DNA of 64,000 nucleotides from the human T2T-CHM13v2.0 reference genome, Homo sapiens (GCF_009914755.1 NC_060944.1), one strand, 5' to 3'; positions 1-17,902 are shown, numbered from the stretch's first letter. Numbers and translations are program-made. The notes: generated from the sequence alone by a model not told the origin.

Positions 1-460
1 ACTGCCTAGCACCGTGAGTTACCATGATACGTTATTTGCTAATGAGAGTCATTGGGGTCCCAGCCTTTAAAAATAGCCTGCGTCCGGCGCCATTTTTGTT
101 TTGGGCCCACTTTGAAAGCCGCGATATTCTGAACAGAGGCCATTTTTCTTTTGGGCAGATTCCACGGGCCATCGAAGTGTTTCGCTGCCATCTTAAATCC
201 TGGCTGTGGCCTCAATCCTGCAGCGAAGCTGCCCAGATCATTTTGTGTTTGGGCGGCGGCTGAGTTCCCAAACGCGCGCGGAGACCCTGGGAAGGAGGAA
301 GTAAGCGCGAAAGTGCTTCCCTTAAGCTTCTGAAGGTTGGCTGCAGTTCCGGCTACCTGTGTAGTCCGAGTTTCCACAGCCAGGTACTACTCCGCCAGTG
401 ACCCTGGACAGTAACAAAACATATAAAGCCCGAGCCCAAACCCCGCCACCATCATAGGTA
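1..460 (+). promoter_or_regulatory. SLX4IP: CpG-rich promoter / TSS region of SLX4IP (known to be head-to-head with MKKS, whose start would lie upstream of the window)
   Basis: Highest CpG density in the window (e.g. aacgcgcgcgg, ggcggcggc). YY1-type GCCATTTT/GCCATCTT at 89, 139, 187; ETS core AGGAAGT at 296-302; ACTACA on the - strand at 360-365. Followed by a strong donor. Confidence 0.85.
310..457 (+). other. SLX4IP: SLX4IP exon 1 (non-coding 5'UTR); start approximate
   Basis: Donor TAG|GTAAGC at 457/458 at the edge of the CpG-rich region; no ATG in 310-457. Confidence 0.8.
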
Positions 461-830
461 AGCACATGGACCTCTGACAACCTCAGATGTTCCTTCAAGT
501 GAACTGAACTGTTTGCCCATCTCCTCCCTCCTGGTTTTTGGCTTTGATTTTTTGAGACTTTTCCGAATCCTTCTCCCTGTACTTCCACCTTTCTTCATTG
601 TTTTCAAAAAGCCAAAAAGTTGCTAAACATCAGGATGCCATGAGCATGGGCATTACGGTGGAGATATTATTCAGGAAAGTTAACTGTCTTTGCACAAAGG
701 GAATGCAGTAGATGGGCCAGGTATTTGTATCAAATCATGGCTACCTGCATCCAGCAGTACAAATACCTCCCCCTTCCCAGACATTTTTGGAGATGTGAGG
801 TAAATACAGATTGCGTTTGTATATACTTCC

Positions 831-940
831 CATTCATTCATTTATTCATTGCATTTCTTGAGTACCTAATTTGTGCTAGGCCATAAGGATTCAGGAGTTA
901 GCTAAAAAAAATCCATTAACTCATGGAGCCTACATTTTAT
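831..940. mobile_element. L2 3'-end fragment
   Basis: cattcattcatttattcatt...ttgagtacctaatttgtgctaggc, a typical L2 tail. Confidence 0.55.
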
Positions 941-1187
941 CACCTTGACATCTACTAGGTTGAGACAAATAACAGTATTTTATGGTTCTTAGCACTGCTA
1001 GACTGTATAAACAAGTATTTGCTTTCTCCTTCCCCTGAACTATTTTTTTTTATTTTTAGTTTTTAATTTTTTTGGCCGGGTGTAGGAATTAATGGTATTG
1101 ACACTTACTTCTTGGATCCTAGACATAACGATATTTGTAAGCCAGTTGGCTAGCGTTAAAACTAATATTCCAGTTACTTAGGGCCTT

Positions 1188-1328
1188 GTTGCTCCAAGTT
1201 CATTTCACCTACCACCAGCATCAGCATCCCTGGGAGCTTGTTAGAATTACACTTCATGACTCTCACCCCAGAGCTGCTGAATCAGAATCTTCCTCAAGAA
1301 GTGTACCTTAAAGTTCAAGGAACATTGA
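1188..1328. mobile_element. MER5A-like hAT MITE
   Basis: accagcatcagcatccctgggagcttgttagaa...ctgaatcagaatct. Confidence 0.7.
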
Positions 1329-1658
<330 letters not shown>

Positions 1659-2117
1659 TGGCCCATTCTTTGTTCAACCCGTGCTTCTTAACTAGATTCA
1701 CAGTGTATTATCAATTTATTGCATGTTCTAAATGCAATGGATATTTGACAGGTTTTTTTCTGTGCTTTTAGTTCATTGACTTGATGTTAGGGCGTCAATT
1801 TAGCTTTCCAAAAAGTTGAAAAGAGATTTTGTCATCCCAATATACTTATATGTAATTTCTGTTATAACATCTGAAATGTAGGGTTTTCTCTGTAAGTCTT
1901 AGCATCCAATTTACCACTGGTTTGCGTTTTTTTTTTAAAAGTTGTTTACTGTGCTTCTTGCTTTCTCATATCTTGTATGCATATTTGTACTTTTAATTTG
2001 TTAAAAGTTGAACTCAAAAGTTTGCATGTGGACAGCAGTTCAATACTGACTTGGAAAACCTTGGGCCTTGGTTTACCAAAGCTTTTTGTGGCACCTTGCT
2101 TTCTTCTGTCTTCCCAT

Positions 2118-2292
2118 TTTATTTTACTTCTTTTATTTTTATTTTTTGAGACAGGGTATAACCCTGTTGCCCAGGCTGAAGTGCAGTGGTGGGATCATAG
2201 CTCACTGTAACCTCCAACTCTTGGGCTCAAGCGATCCTTCTGCCTTGGTCTGTCAAAGTGCAGGAAAGCAGGCATGAGCGACTGCACCCAGC
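2118..2292 (-). mobile_element. Alu monomer (FRAM/AluJ-like)
   Basis: Single diverged arm. Confidence 0.8.
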
Positions 2293-2822
2293 TGCCTTCT
2301 GTCTTTCTTTAATGAGAAGACTAAATCAAGAGTTCTCAGCCTTGGCTGCACGTAACAATCACCTGGGAGCTTTAAAAACAGACTCCAGCCCTGTATCTGC
2401 AGAGATTGAGACCCTCTGGATGAAATTAAAGAGCCAGTAAGGAGTATGAGAAAACAGAAACAACTTTTACGTTTTATGTTGCTATGTTAGATTTTCTCTC
2501 CCTTATGGTGTTACTTAAAATAATCGGGATTTTGAAAACCATGAAAAGATCTGGATTAAGAATGTAAGGAACCAGCTTCCCAGTAACTGGTCAACTTGCC
2601 AATTATTTGCTCTGTGTCCTAAGAAAGTTGTCCAGCCTTTCTGCTTCTCCTCCCTCCATCTATTAATTGGGAAAAGAAAATAAAGCCACTGTTGTTTTTT
2701 ATTTAGTTTCATGTGGTGTTGCCAATTGTAGTGAATGTTTATATTCTGTGAGTGTGAGAAAGAAAAGTATTTTACAAGTACAATATTCATTGCTTCTAGT
2801 ATTAACATACCTCATATTGTGT

Positions 2823-3060
2823 GTGGCAGTAGAACATGATGGGTTAGGAAATTAACTCTAGAGCTAGACTCCCTGGGTTCAAATTCTAGCTCCTCTACTA
2901 ATCAGCTTTGTGACCTTGATCAGATAACTTATCCCTTCACTACCTCAGTTTCCTCATCTGTAAGATAGGGTTGATGTGAACGTTAGATAAATTCATACAA
3001 GAAAAATGCTTGTCATAGTGCCCGGCACATAGTCACAGCCATGTAAATATTAATTAACTA
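2823..3060 (+). mobile_element. MIR
   Basis: ctgggttcaaattctagctc...cctcagtttcctcatctgtaa core. Confidence 0.8.
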
Positions 3061-3244
3061 TTGTTAAATTTTATGATAATTAAATTTCTGGGCTTTAAGG
3101 TTTTGTTTATGCATGCAAATCACCAGGGGAAAGGTATTACAGTTCTGTGACTTTTCGGGATATGAACTTGTTTAGAAAAGAGGGTGATATAAACACAATA
3201 TACCAGGCCTGGAAGAGGCCTTTTTTTTTTTTTCTGTAAGTACT

Positions 3245-4160
<916 letters not shown>

Positions 4161-4204
4161 AATCTCATTCTCACATTGCTTTGTTCTTCTCTAGCTTATT
4201 TTAA

Positions 4205-4513
<309 letters not shown>

Positions 4514-5176
4514 TAACAATTTTTTTAGAAGTTTAATTATTTGGTAATGAAGCCTTCTGTATACAGTGAAACCAAGAGGTGATAGTCATAAAGCATGTTT
4601 GTATTAAAACTTCACCTTTGCTGTTATGTAGTTTATGAATTAATGTTTTGTGAATGAAACATGGCTTTTTAAAAATGCAAAATGTGTGCATTGACTTTTA
4701 AGTGGATTGTTAGTTCTTGACATGTACATGTCTAATCACTTTAAGCTGTATTAAACCTCAAGTCTACTTTTTAGAGATTGAGGACAATAATTCATGCACA
4801 TGAAGAAACCTATTTATTAGGTAGCAAAGTAGAGATCTATAAAGCCAACCCTATAATTTCATAAAACTCCCCTTTGTCAGGGAGATGGGGAGTACCACTT
4901 ATATTTTGAGTTGATGTAAGTATATTTCTAAAGTCTTTTTGCTTCTATTATGTAAAAGCGGTTACTTGTGTTTATTTTAGTATTGACGTTTTGTGCTTGA
5001 ATAAATCAGAGGTGGTTTAAAATTGGATTTGACTCATATTAATTATGGGATAATATATAGAATATGGCTATTACAATATCGTGGACATAGAAATTCATTT
5101 GTGTCACTTTTGATTTATCTTCTAGTTAGAAAAGATTGCATTTTTTTTTTATTTTTTGCATTTAAAAATTATTCCA

Positions 5177-5496
5177 GACCCAGTACGGTGGCTCACGCCT
5201 GTTATTCCAACACTTTGGGAGGCCGAGGCTGGCGGATCACTTGAGATCAGGAGTTTGAGACCAGCCTTGCCAACATGGTGAAACCCTGTCTCTACTAAAA
5301 ATACAAAAATTAGCTGGGCATGGTGGTGCACGCCTGTAGTCCTAGCTACTTGGGAGGCTGAGGTGGGAGAGTTGCTTGAACCCACGAGGCAGAGGTTGCA
5401 GTGAGCCAAGATAGTGCAACTGCGCTTTAGCCTGGGTGACACAGTGAGACTCTGTCTCAAAAAAAACCTAGAAACTAAAAAATAAATAAATAAATA
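5177..5496 (+). mobile_element. AluS
   Basis: Dimeric Alu with A-rich tail. Confidence 0.92.
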
Positions 5497-6156
5497 TTAT
5501 TTTTAATTTATGTAAAATAAAATTATTCTTGGGTATGTAGTTTTCAGAGTTTTAATCAGTGCATTGAGTGTTTTGTAACCACTATCGAAATCAGCACATG
5601 GAACAGTTCCATCAGCTCCTTCCTCCCCAACTTCCCTTCTGCCACCCCTTTGTAGTACTCCTTACCCCTTCACCTTTGGCAACCAGTGATCTGTTCTCCA
5701 TCATAACAGTTTTTGCTTTGAAATGATTAGATTTTAAAACTATTTTATTAATGATTATCAGAACTTTTTTTTTCTATGTAAAGGTGACTGGAAAACATTA
5801 GTTATCAGAGTTCTTGGGTTACAAAGTGGATTGATCATGTGCTGTTTGCTTGTGCTCTTGTTGTTGGAATGATTCCGTTTAAGACACTGAGCATCCACTG
5901 TGTATCAGGCACTAGGCCCCATAATTACATATCTGATCTCATGTAATCCTTACAGGAGCCATGAAATAGAAACTGTTGTTATTATCCCATTTCAGAGGTA
6001 AGAAAACCAGAGACTTAAAGGAGTTGAATAGCCTGTCTCAGGTCATACGAAGAGTCAGAATTTGAAGGGATGTGTTTTACAAGAACCTAAGGACATGCAT
6101 CAGGTGTGGGTGCCTATGTCTGTTTCTGACTAGGTATTAAATAAAAACTAGATTCA

Positions 6157-6460
6157 GGCCGGACATGGTGGGGTCACACCTGTAATCCCAGCACTTTGAG
6201 AGTCTGAGGCGAGTGGAGTGCTTGAGCTCAGGACTTAGAAAACAGCCTGGGCAATATGGCGAAACCTCATCTCTACAAAAAATACAAAAATTAGCTGGGC
6301 ATGGTGGCTTACACCTGTAGTCCCAGCTACTCGGAAGGCTGAGGCAGGAGGATCACTTGAACCTGGGGAGGTTGAGGTTTCAGTGAGCCGTGATCACGCC
6401 ACTGCACTGCAGCCCGGGCAACAGACCGAGACCCTGTCTCTAAACAACAACAACAACGAA
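6157..6460 (+). mobile_element. AluJ
   Basis: Dimeric; gcttgagctcagga J-type; (CAA)n tail. Confidence 0.9.
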
Positions 6461-8683
6461 AACCTACTAAATTTTGCCTATTAGTAAAGCATCCCATGCA
6501 GTGGCTGGTGGGGATTTTCTGTGGGCACAGCAGGAAGGGGAGGCTCAGATCATGGGTCAACTGACTAGGTTGAGAGTATAGAGTAACTAAAAGGTAGCAC
6601 TGTTCCATGGAATTATTCTTGGTAGAGTATCAATGTTTGACTTACATTTAGTGACAAAGGATTTTTAAAAGTTCTAATTTTTTTGTTACTTGCATTATCC
6701 TCTTTCCAGTGTTGAATCTGACGTGTTTGTTTTTGTTTTTTTTTTTATAAGTAAACTTTGGCATTCAGAATTACCATCTGAATAATAGCAAAAACTAATT
6801 CTTTTTTACACTGAAGTTGCCTTTCAGCCTTTATCTGAGTGGTCACCAGTGAGGCCTTTGCTCATTTGTCATTTTTCCTTGGTCTTTTGTTAAGTTTGTG
6901 ATTCATTCCTTGATATTGGTTGTTTTGGTGGTAAGATTGGTGCATGTGTTGGGAGAGGACAACAGTGAAATGATTTCTCATTCTTGAATTATAGCTGTAA
7001 CTTCAGAAGTTCTAGGGCTTTGCCTTTGCTGTTTTCTGTTTCTGTTCCCATAACTAATGAAAGTTTTTTAAGATGATAGAAAGAAGCATAATAATTTCCT
7101 AGATAAAATTTGAAATCTGGAGATTAGAAACCTAAAGTTAATTTCTGGTCTATTTAATGAGAGCATTTGCTTGTGACACAGGCCAGCAACACTAGAAAGA
7201 AGACAAATGTGAATTTCAGAGTGCCTTAGATTTTCCCACAGAATAATCTAGAGGGTCATTGACTTTCTTTATTAGAGTTTATCTCTGCTTTGTATTTAAA
7301 TGACAGGACAACCATGTGATATTGTTTAATCTACTTCCATTCCCTTCCCAAATTAATTTTTTAAAGCTCTTAGGATCTTTCTCACTCCACTAAAAACACA
7401 CATGTAATCATATTTTTGGTAGGTCATACCCTATCAAAGTCTCCTCTTTGTTAAAGAATGCTTGTTTTCAGGCCTGAGAGAGTGGACTCAAGAATGCACA
7501 ATAGAAGATGAGGCATCATTTGTAAGTTATAATATACTCTAACTTAGCATACTTATGTAAATTATATACTTTCAGATATTTGGAAAATTGATCTTTTTGG
7601 GTTGTCCTACACTTCTTAAAAACAGGCAACAAAATAAAAATGCCACTGAATTTAGACTTGAATTGCCAGCTCTGGTAGCAAAGGCTTTTTAACATTTATT
7701 CTGTAAACCTGGTCACTGAGCTTGTTGCATCCTGCTGAAAGCAACTTTGAGGGCCTAGGAAAATAATCATTGAAGATGCATTGTTGCTTTTTGTGTGCGT
7801 GTGTGCACACTTGCTTTTTAATGATCAGTAAAAAAAATTTAGAAAAGCCTCAGGATGTTCCTTGATTTAAAACTTAATTAAGATAGAAGCTAATAATATC
7901 TTTTCCATTTAAATGAATGTTAAAATGCCAGTATTTTAAAGACAAAGAAATTTATGCACCAAAAACATCATCTTTGTGGTATAAACTTCAACCACACCTC
8001 TAATCTGTTGCCCATTATTTTCAATATGAAACACTAGGATCTTCTGGGTATGTGTTTATATGAATTACAACTCTCAGCTTTGGCTGTATGATTATATATA
8101 ACTGAAGTATTATTTATTTGGTGAAATAGGTCCAGAGTGCTTGACCTCTTTTTTGGAAGGCTTACTGTGGAATTTGGAATTTAGGGACAGTAAAGATACG
8201 TTGGATAAATAGGTATAAATCTAAAAAAAAACAAAAACAAAAACAAAAAACCACATTCTGATTTAGTAACATCAATGGACCCAAGTCAGCAAACTTTTAA
8301 TGCATAACAGTGCCACACCCCAAATATTAAAGAGGAGATGAATGGACCCTGTCCCTGGGAATCTTATAGTCAGGGAGAGGACCAGAGTTAGTTATAATTC
8401 AGTGGGCTAAGCGTGAGAGTAGAGGTGGTTCAGGTGTGTCCCAGAGAAGGAGCAATTCACTTGGTTCATAGAAGGCTCCAAGAAACAGGTGGCATCTGAG
8501 TTGGGTCTCAGAGGATAACTCAACTCGCTTTAGGAGAGGACATTCCACAGTGCGGCATGCATGGGTGAAGGCAGGGAGAGCTGGAGCTGCATGTTCAAGG
8601 ACATGTGCCAGGAGTTGGTTATGTGGTGGCATTACAGGTGTGAAGTTGCCTGTGCCATAAGATGGAGGTTTGGGCAGGGGCAC

Positions 8684-9061
8684 TGATATTGTTCGGATTT
8701 GTGTTCCTGAGCAAATCTCATGTTGAATTGTAACCCCCAGTGTTGGAGGAGGGGCCTGGTTGAAGGTGATTGTTCATGGGGGCAGATTTCCCACTTGCTG
8801 TTCTCAGGATAGTGAGTTCTCTCAAGCTCTGGTTGTTTAAAAGTGTATAGTACCTCTCTCTTCTCTCTCTTCCTCCTGCTCCAGTCATGTAGGATGTGCC
8901 TGCCTCCTTTTGCCTTCCACCATGATTGTAAGTCTCCTGAGGCCTCCCCAGCCATGCTTCCTGTAGAGCCTGGAGAACTGCGAGCCAGTTAAACCACTTT
9001 TCTTTATAAATTACCCAGTCTCAGGTAGTTCTTTATAGCATTGCAAGAACAGACTAATACA
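8684..9061 (+). mobile_element. MST-family (MaLR) solo LTR inserted in L2
   Basis: TG...CA ends; aaatctcatgttgaattgtaa and ttctttataaattacccagtctcagg hallmarks; degenerate 5-bp TSD ggcac/agcat. Confidence 0.88.
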
Positions 9062-9239
9062 AGCATTGACAAAAGGGCTTCTGATGCTGTGGGAAATCCC
9101 AGTGAAGAGTTTTGAATAGGGGACTTATGCTCAGATACCTCTAATGTTGGGTTTGGGGATGGGGAAGTACAAGGATAGAGATTAGAGGTACTTTAAGAGG
9201 CTGTAGTTGTAGGGGTCTGGAGCTGCTGGCATCACCATG

Positions 9240-9911
<672 letters not shown>

Positions 9912-10060
9912 CCATGTTGTGATTTTTCCTTCTCGTGGGAGGCGGATGGGCCCATCCATGACTGTCATCTGTTCCATCCCAGATAACAGGCTGTGTGCAT
10001 GTAGTAAGGGAAGAGAACATGTGTTCCCCACAGATTCTCCGTCAATTCTTCTGTGTTTAG

Positions 10061-10617
<557 letters not shown>

Positions 10618-10630
10618 GATGAGATTGCCC

Positions 10631-10959
<329 letters not shown>

Positions 10960-10960
10960 T

Positions 10961-12690
10961 AACTCAGCCTATTTCCTTAAAATCCATCCAAGTTGCATGT
11001 ATCAATAGTTTATTCCCTCTGCCTGAGTAATATGCCAGGGTATAAAGGTACTGCAGTTTGTTTAACCATTCACACGTTGAAGGATGTCTGGGTTGTTTCC
11101 AGTTTGTGGCTGTTAAGAATAAAGTTACTATGATGGCCGGATGCGGTGGCTCATACCTGTAATCCCAGCACTTTGGGAGGCTGAGGTGGGTGGATCACAA
11201 GGTCAGGAGTTCAAGCCCAGCCTGGCCATGATGGTGAAACCCCGTCTCTATTAAAAACATAAAAATTAGCCAGGTGTGGTGGCAGGCACCTGTAATCCCA
11301 GCTACTTGGGAGGCTGAGGCAAGAGAATCACTTGAACTCGGAGGGCAGAGGTTGCAGTGAGCCGAAATTGGGCCACTGCACTACAGCCTGGGCAACAGAG
11401 TGCGACTCTGTCTCAAAAAAAAAAAAAAAAAAAAAGTTACTATGAACATTTTTGAACAAGTTTTTACGTGAGCCTAAGTTCTCATTTCTCTGGGATAAAT
11501 TCTGAGGAGAGCAATTTTTGGGTTGTTTAGATTGATAAGAAACTTCCAGTCACTTTTCCTGAGTGGCTGTACCACTTTTACAGTCCCACCAGTGATATAT
11601 GAGAGATCTATTTTCTCTGCACCCTCACCAGCATTTGGTGTTATTGTTTTTTATTTGTCTTTCTGGTAGATATGTAGTGATATCTCATTGTGGTTTTATT
11701 TTACATTTTCCCATGGCTAATGATGTTGAATATCTTTTCATATGCTTTTTTACCATCTGTATATCCTTCTTGGTGAGATATCTGTTTGTCATTTGCCCAT
11801 TTTCTGATTGGACTGTTGCTTTTTACTATTGAATTTTGAGACTATGTATTCTAGATAGAAATCCTTTGTTAGATATGGATTGCAAATATTTTTCTCCCAG
11901 TTTTCTTAGAAAAGTTTTAATTTCAATATGGCCAAAGCTGTCATTCTTTTTCTTTATGGTTTACATTTTCTCTGTCTAGTTAAAAAACTCCTTTATGATT
12001 TTGAGTTCATAAAAATATCCTCTGAAAGGTTTTAGTTTCACACCTTTGAGTTTTTAACCCATCTGTAATTGATTTTTGAGTCTTGTATGAGATCGAGTCC
12101 AATTTAATTTTTTCTCAAATAGATATGAGCAGTTGTTTGACCACAGTTTATTGAATGAGTCATCTCTTCATTTCACACTAATTTCACAGTGCTGCTCCCA
12201 GCATGCATCAGTTTCATAAATGCATGCATTGGTTTCTGGTGTGTGGAGTCTGCCCCCTCTGCCTGTTTGTCTGCCCGTTTGCCAGTACGTTAGTTTTTTT
12301 ACCTTGCATTGTAGCAGTTTTGCAAGCCCCATCTTTTGTTTTTTTCTTCCTTTTCTAGAAGTGTCTTGATCTTTTTTAGTCTTTCTCAGTTTCCCTGTTC
12401 AAGTTTGTGTTTGGAGTTGCATTAAATTAGTAGATCAGTCAGAGGATGTCTCGTATATATTTTTTTCATTTTATTCCTAGATACTTTTTATTTGTGGGAT
12501 GCTAGTTTAAATGATATTTTAAGTTCTACATTTTCTACTTGTTGCAAAGAAGTTGTTTCTACTGGTTCATCATTAAGCATTTTGTTACATTTTTGTAGAT
12601 GCTTTTTTTAGATTAAGAAATTCCTTTGTATTCATAGATTTCTAATGTTACCTTTTTATTTTTTTCTGCTTCTACTGAAATGTTTATGTG
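10961..12690 (-). mobile_element. Old L1M (ORF2 3' half / 3'UTR remnants)
   Basis: gatatctcattgtggttttatt...gatgttgaatatcttttcatatgc and similar L1 motifs. Confidence 0.7.
11135..11435 (+). mobile_element. AluSg-like
   Basis: TSD aaagttactatga (11121-11133 / 11433-11445). Confidence 0.95.
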
Positions 12691-12692
12691 CC

Positions 12693-13007
<315 letters not shown>

Positions 13008-15756
13008 TCTACTTCAGTTTTTTAATGTGATGATTTCTGTAGTGTTTAGCTAACCTTGCACTCCTCAGATACCTCACTTGATTCTGATGTTTGTTTGTTT
13101 TTAAGTAGGTTTGCTAGATTAAAATTGCTTTTAGATTATTGCTTCTATGTTCACTCATAGAATTGACTGATTTTTCATTCTTTTACTGCCTTTGTCTGGT
13201 TTTGCTATCAGTACTCCATAAAATGAGCGGTGGGATGATTTCCTTCTTACTCTTTTCTCTGGAAGAATTTGTATACTGGCATTATTTGAACCCTGAACTA
13301 CTGTTGATTTTTGGATTCTAGAGGTTTAGAAATGGAATAGACTATAGTGGTCAACCTTTCCAACTCCACTGTTTTTTTGAGGTGGGAAGAATTAAATGCT
13401 GAGGCTTAAATCCAAGGGACACTTTGCACTGTACCATGACCCGGTGATTTCATCATTATAGAAACCCTAATCCTGAAGTAGAGGTAATAGTCATTTTATT
13501 ATGTAAAACAGATGGCTCAAAGCCTTCGCACACTGAAGTCCATGCAAATCCATGTAAGAGTGGCTTGGAAAACATCACATTAGCCTTAGTCTCTTAGTTT
13601 TCTAGGCCCATCTGATTAAGATTAAGAATGGAGTTAAGAAAGGGACTCAGGCACTCTGACAGCTCTGGGATCACCTGCGAGAGCAGGCAGACGACCCCGC
13701 TGGCCTACTGTTGAGCAGCTTTGAGTAGGAGCTAGCAGCTCACAGGGGCAGTGATGTGTTTATTGCTCAGTGTGATGATAACTTTAATTGGGAATATCAG
13801 ATAAATATTCAATATATGGTATTTTTATGAACATTAATAAAGATTCAGTATATTTTTGGAAAATTTCCCTAAAAACAGAAAAAAAATAAAAAGGTTATAT
13901 GCATAAGTGACTCAGCACCAATTATCTGGAACATTTTTTTCACCCAGCAGGCTTTTCTTGAGTACCCTCTAGTGTTAGGCATTGCTCTGAGGGCTGCTCA
14001 CATATGAGTGTGTACTCCTTCCACCATGGATAAGTATGATTTTACCATATTTGGAACTTAGCAGATTGGCTCAGTTCATTTCAGATTTCAATTCACCGTT
14101 TAATTCATCCCCAGCACATGCCTAGTGCTGTCATAAACCAAAGAAAAGATGGTTTCTTTATCTGAAATGACTTTAGCAAATATGCAAGCTCAAGGTCTAT
14201 GCAACCGACTTTCCAGATGTGTTATGGGCTTTATCTTGGTAGAATTCATTTATTTATATTTTGTCTATGAAGGGTGCCATATTATGTAGCATAGTGATAA
14301 ATTAATTCAAACTTCATTTTCATTAACTATAGAGTTTCTTTCTTTCTTTGATTAACAGGAGAGGACCACTACACATGTAGCTTCATTTGAGGTCATACTC
14401 TGTGTTGGGAACTTGGACCTTGGCGTGAGGCAGAGGGAAGAAGGTCACACCTACCCTGACAGCCCAATTAGTCACTGACTTTGGCAATTCTACAGGTGAC
14501 AGATGGTGCTAGTTTGCCCTCAGTGGACCTGACAAGACTCTATCTAGCGCTTGGTTAGGCCATCAGCTGTGAGATGCTGGCCTGGTCCCATAAGTTCTCA
14601 TTAGGGGAATAGATGGCAAGGCTGGGAGTAGAGGGTCTGTAAGATCTATTTTAGCCCTAAAATTGTGACTTTTTGAATTTCCAAACATTGTGGAAACAAG
14701 TGAAAAAGTTACATAACTTGAGGCAGAGTGTGTTATGATATTAAAAACAGACTAAAATATTCAGAATATAGATTTCATTCTTCCCAGGTAGCCTATTTTA
14801 CATTGTCAGACCATATTATTTTATATAAAAAATACATGCTTTTCAGTTCCAGATCCCTAGAGATCATTTTTTTGATATTGGACTTTGATGATACTCTTTG
14901 AAAAATTCAGAATCTACATCGTAAATGTAGCTGTTCTTGTTTTATTGATAAAAGTAAAAAAAAAAACCCACAAAAACAAAACCTTATTGTGAGTTGAAAA
15001 TGTGAAAATGTAACTGTATTAGTAATATTAGCCATCACAGTAACCTCACTGTAATATGGCTCATTTATGATCTATCCAAGGCAGATATGATGTGAAAGCC
15101 TTGCCTTGGCCTTCCACGTGGTCTATCTGTCCTTCAGGAAAAAAAGTACATATGGGAAAACTGGTGTGTAATTAAAAAATAATTGGATCACACATTTTTT
15201 TTACCTGTGATGGTTACTTATTGACAAAACTGTCCCCTTTTTCCTGGTTCCATGTCTAGCTGATGCACTTGAGTATTCTTTTTAAGTACCCTCATTTAGG
15301 GACTTCCTTAATTCTTAGCAAGATTATTCAAGCCTGATTTAATGTATTTAAGGTGACTGATTTTATGTTTATTAGACAAAAATAATGTAATTTTAAAAAA
15401 TTCATATAAAGTTTTCAGGACAACCTTTATATACATTGTTTTTAAACATGTGCCTGATTTCCCAGGAACTTACTTTTTTTCCACTTACACTTGCGTCTAA
15501 ATGGGCTTGCTAAGATAAACTTCATTAAATATTTTTCTAAGTCATGTGCATTATGTTATTTAGAGAATGGAAATGAATACTTAACATGACTTAGGGTTTG
15601 GATAAAGATATTTTTGTCCATTTAAAAAATTAGGATCTCATCACATAGGAGGCAAACATTAAAACATTAAAAATTAAAACCAAAGGGTACCAATTTCTAA
15701 AAAATCACCGTTGACTGAGTAATAATAATTATCAATACTCATCGAAGGCCTAGTGG

Positions 15757-16053
<297 letters not shown>

Positions 16054-16158
16054 AGGCCTAGTGTTTTTGTATGTCATTTTATTTAGTCCTTTCAATAATT
16101 TTGAGTTAGGTATTATTACTCTTATTTTAGAAATAAAATATTCAGGATACAGAAATAA

Positions 16159-16462
<304 letters not shown>

Positions 16463-16494
16463 GTGTTTTTCTTGTTTAAAAAAAGGCTCTCAAA

Positions 16495-17104
<610 letters not shown>

Positions 17105-17238
17105 TTCTAAAAATTTCAACGGGCAAATAGTTCCATGCTCAAGGCTTGTGAATTATGGTGTCCTCCTCAACCCCTTTCCTCCATCCTTGTGAGCTCTCTT
17201 CATCTTGTTCTTCAGTTTGGGGCAGAGTTTAGTACTTA

Positions 17239-17902
<664 letters not shown>

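Noticed and set aside
85-256. Repeat-spacer pattern as a CRISPR-like array
   Set aside because: Vertebrate promoter, short degenerate units, no cas genes; better explained as transcription-factor sites.
422-428. TATAAAG
   Set aside because: Lies inside exon 1; a TSS 30 nt downstream would sit almost on the donor.
24-588. ORFs over the promoter (e.g. 39..377 -, 112 aa)
   Set aside because: No recognisable protein. The - strand ATGs are the YY1 motifs (AAAATGGC/AAGATGGC), and GC-rich DNA is stop-poor.
1699-1737. Perfect CACAGTG heptamer (others at ~5440, 8546, 12185, 40557, 43351)
   Set aside because: About 8 copies are expected by chance in 64 kb. No acceptable nonamer at 1699; the others were not scored.
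13735-13755. CTCF-like gctcacaggggcagtg
   Set aside because: Core AG register does not align with the CTCF consensus.
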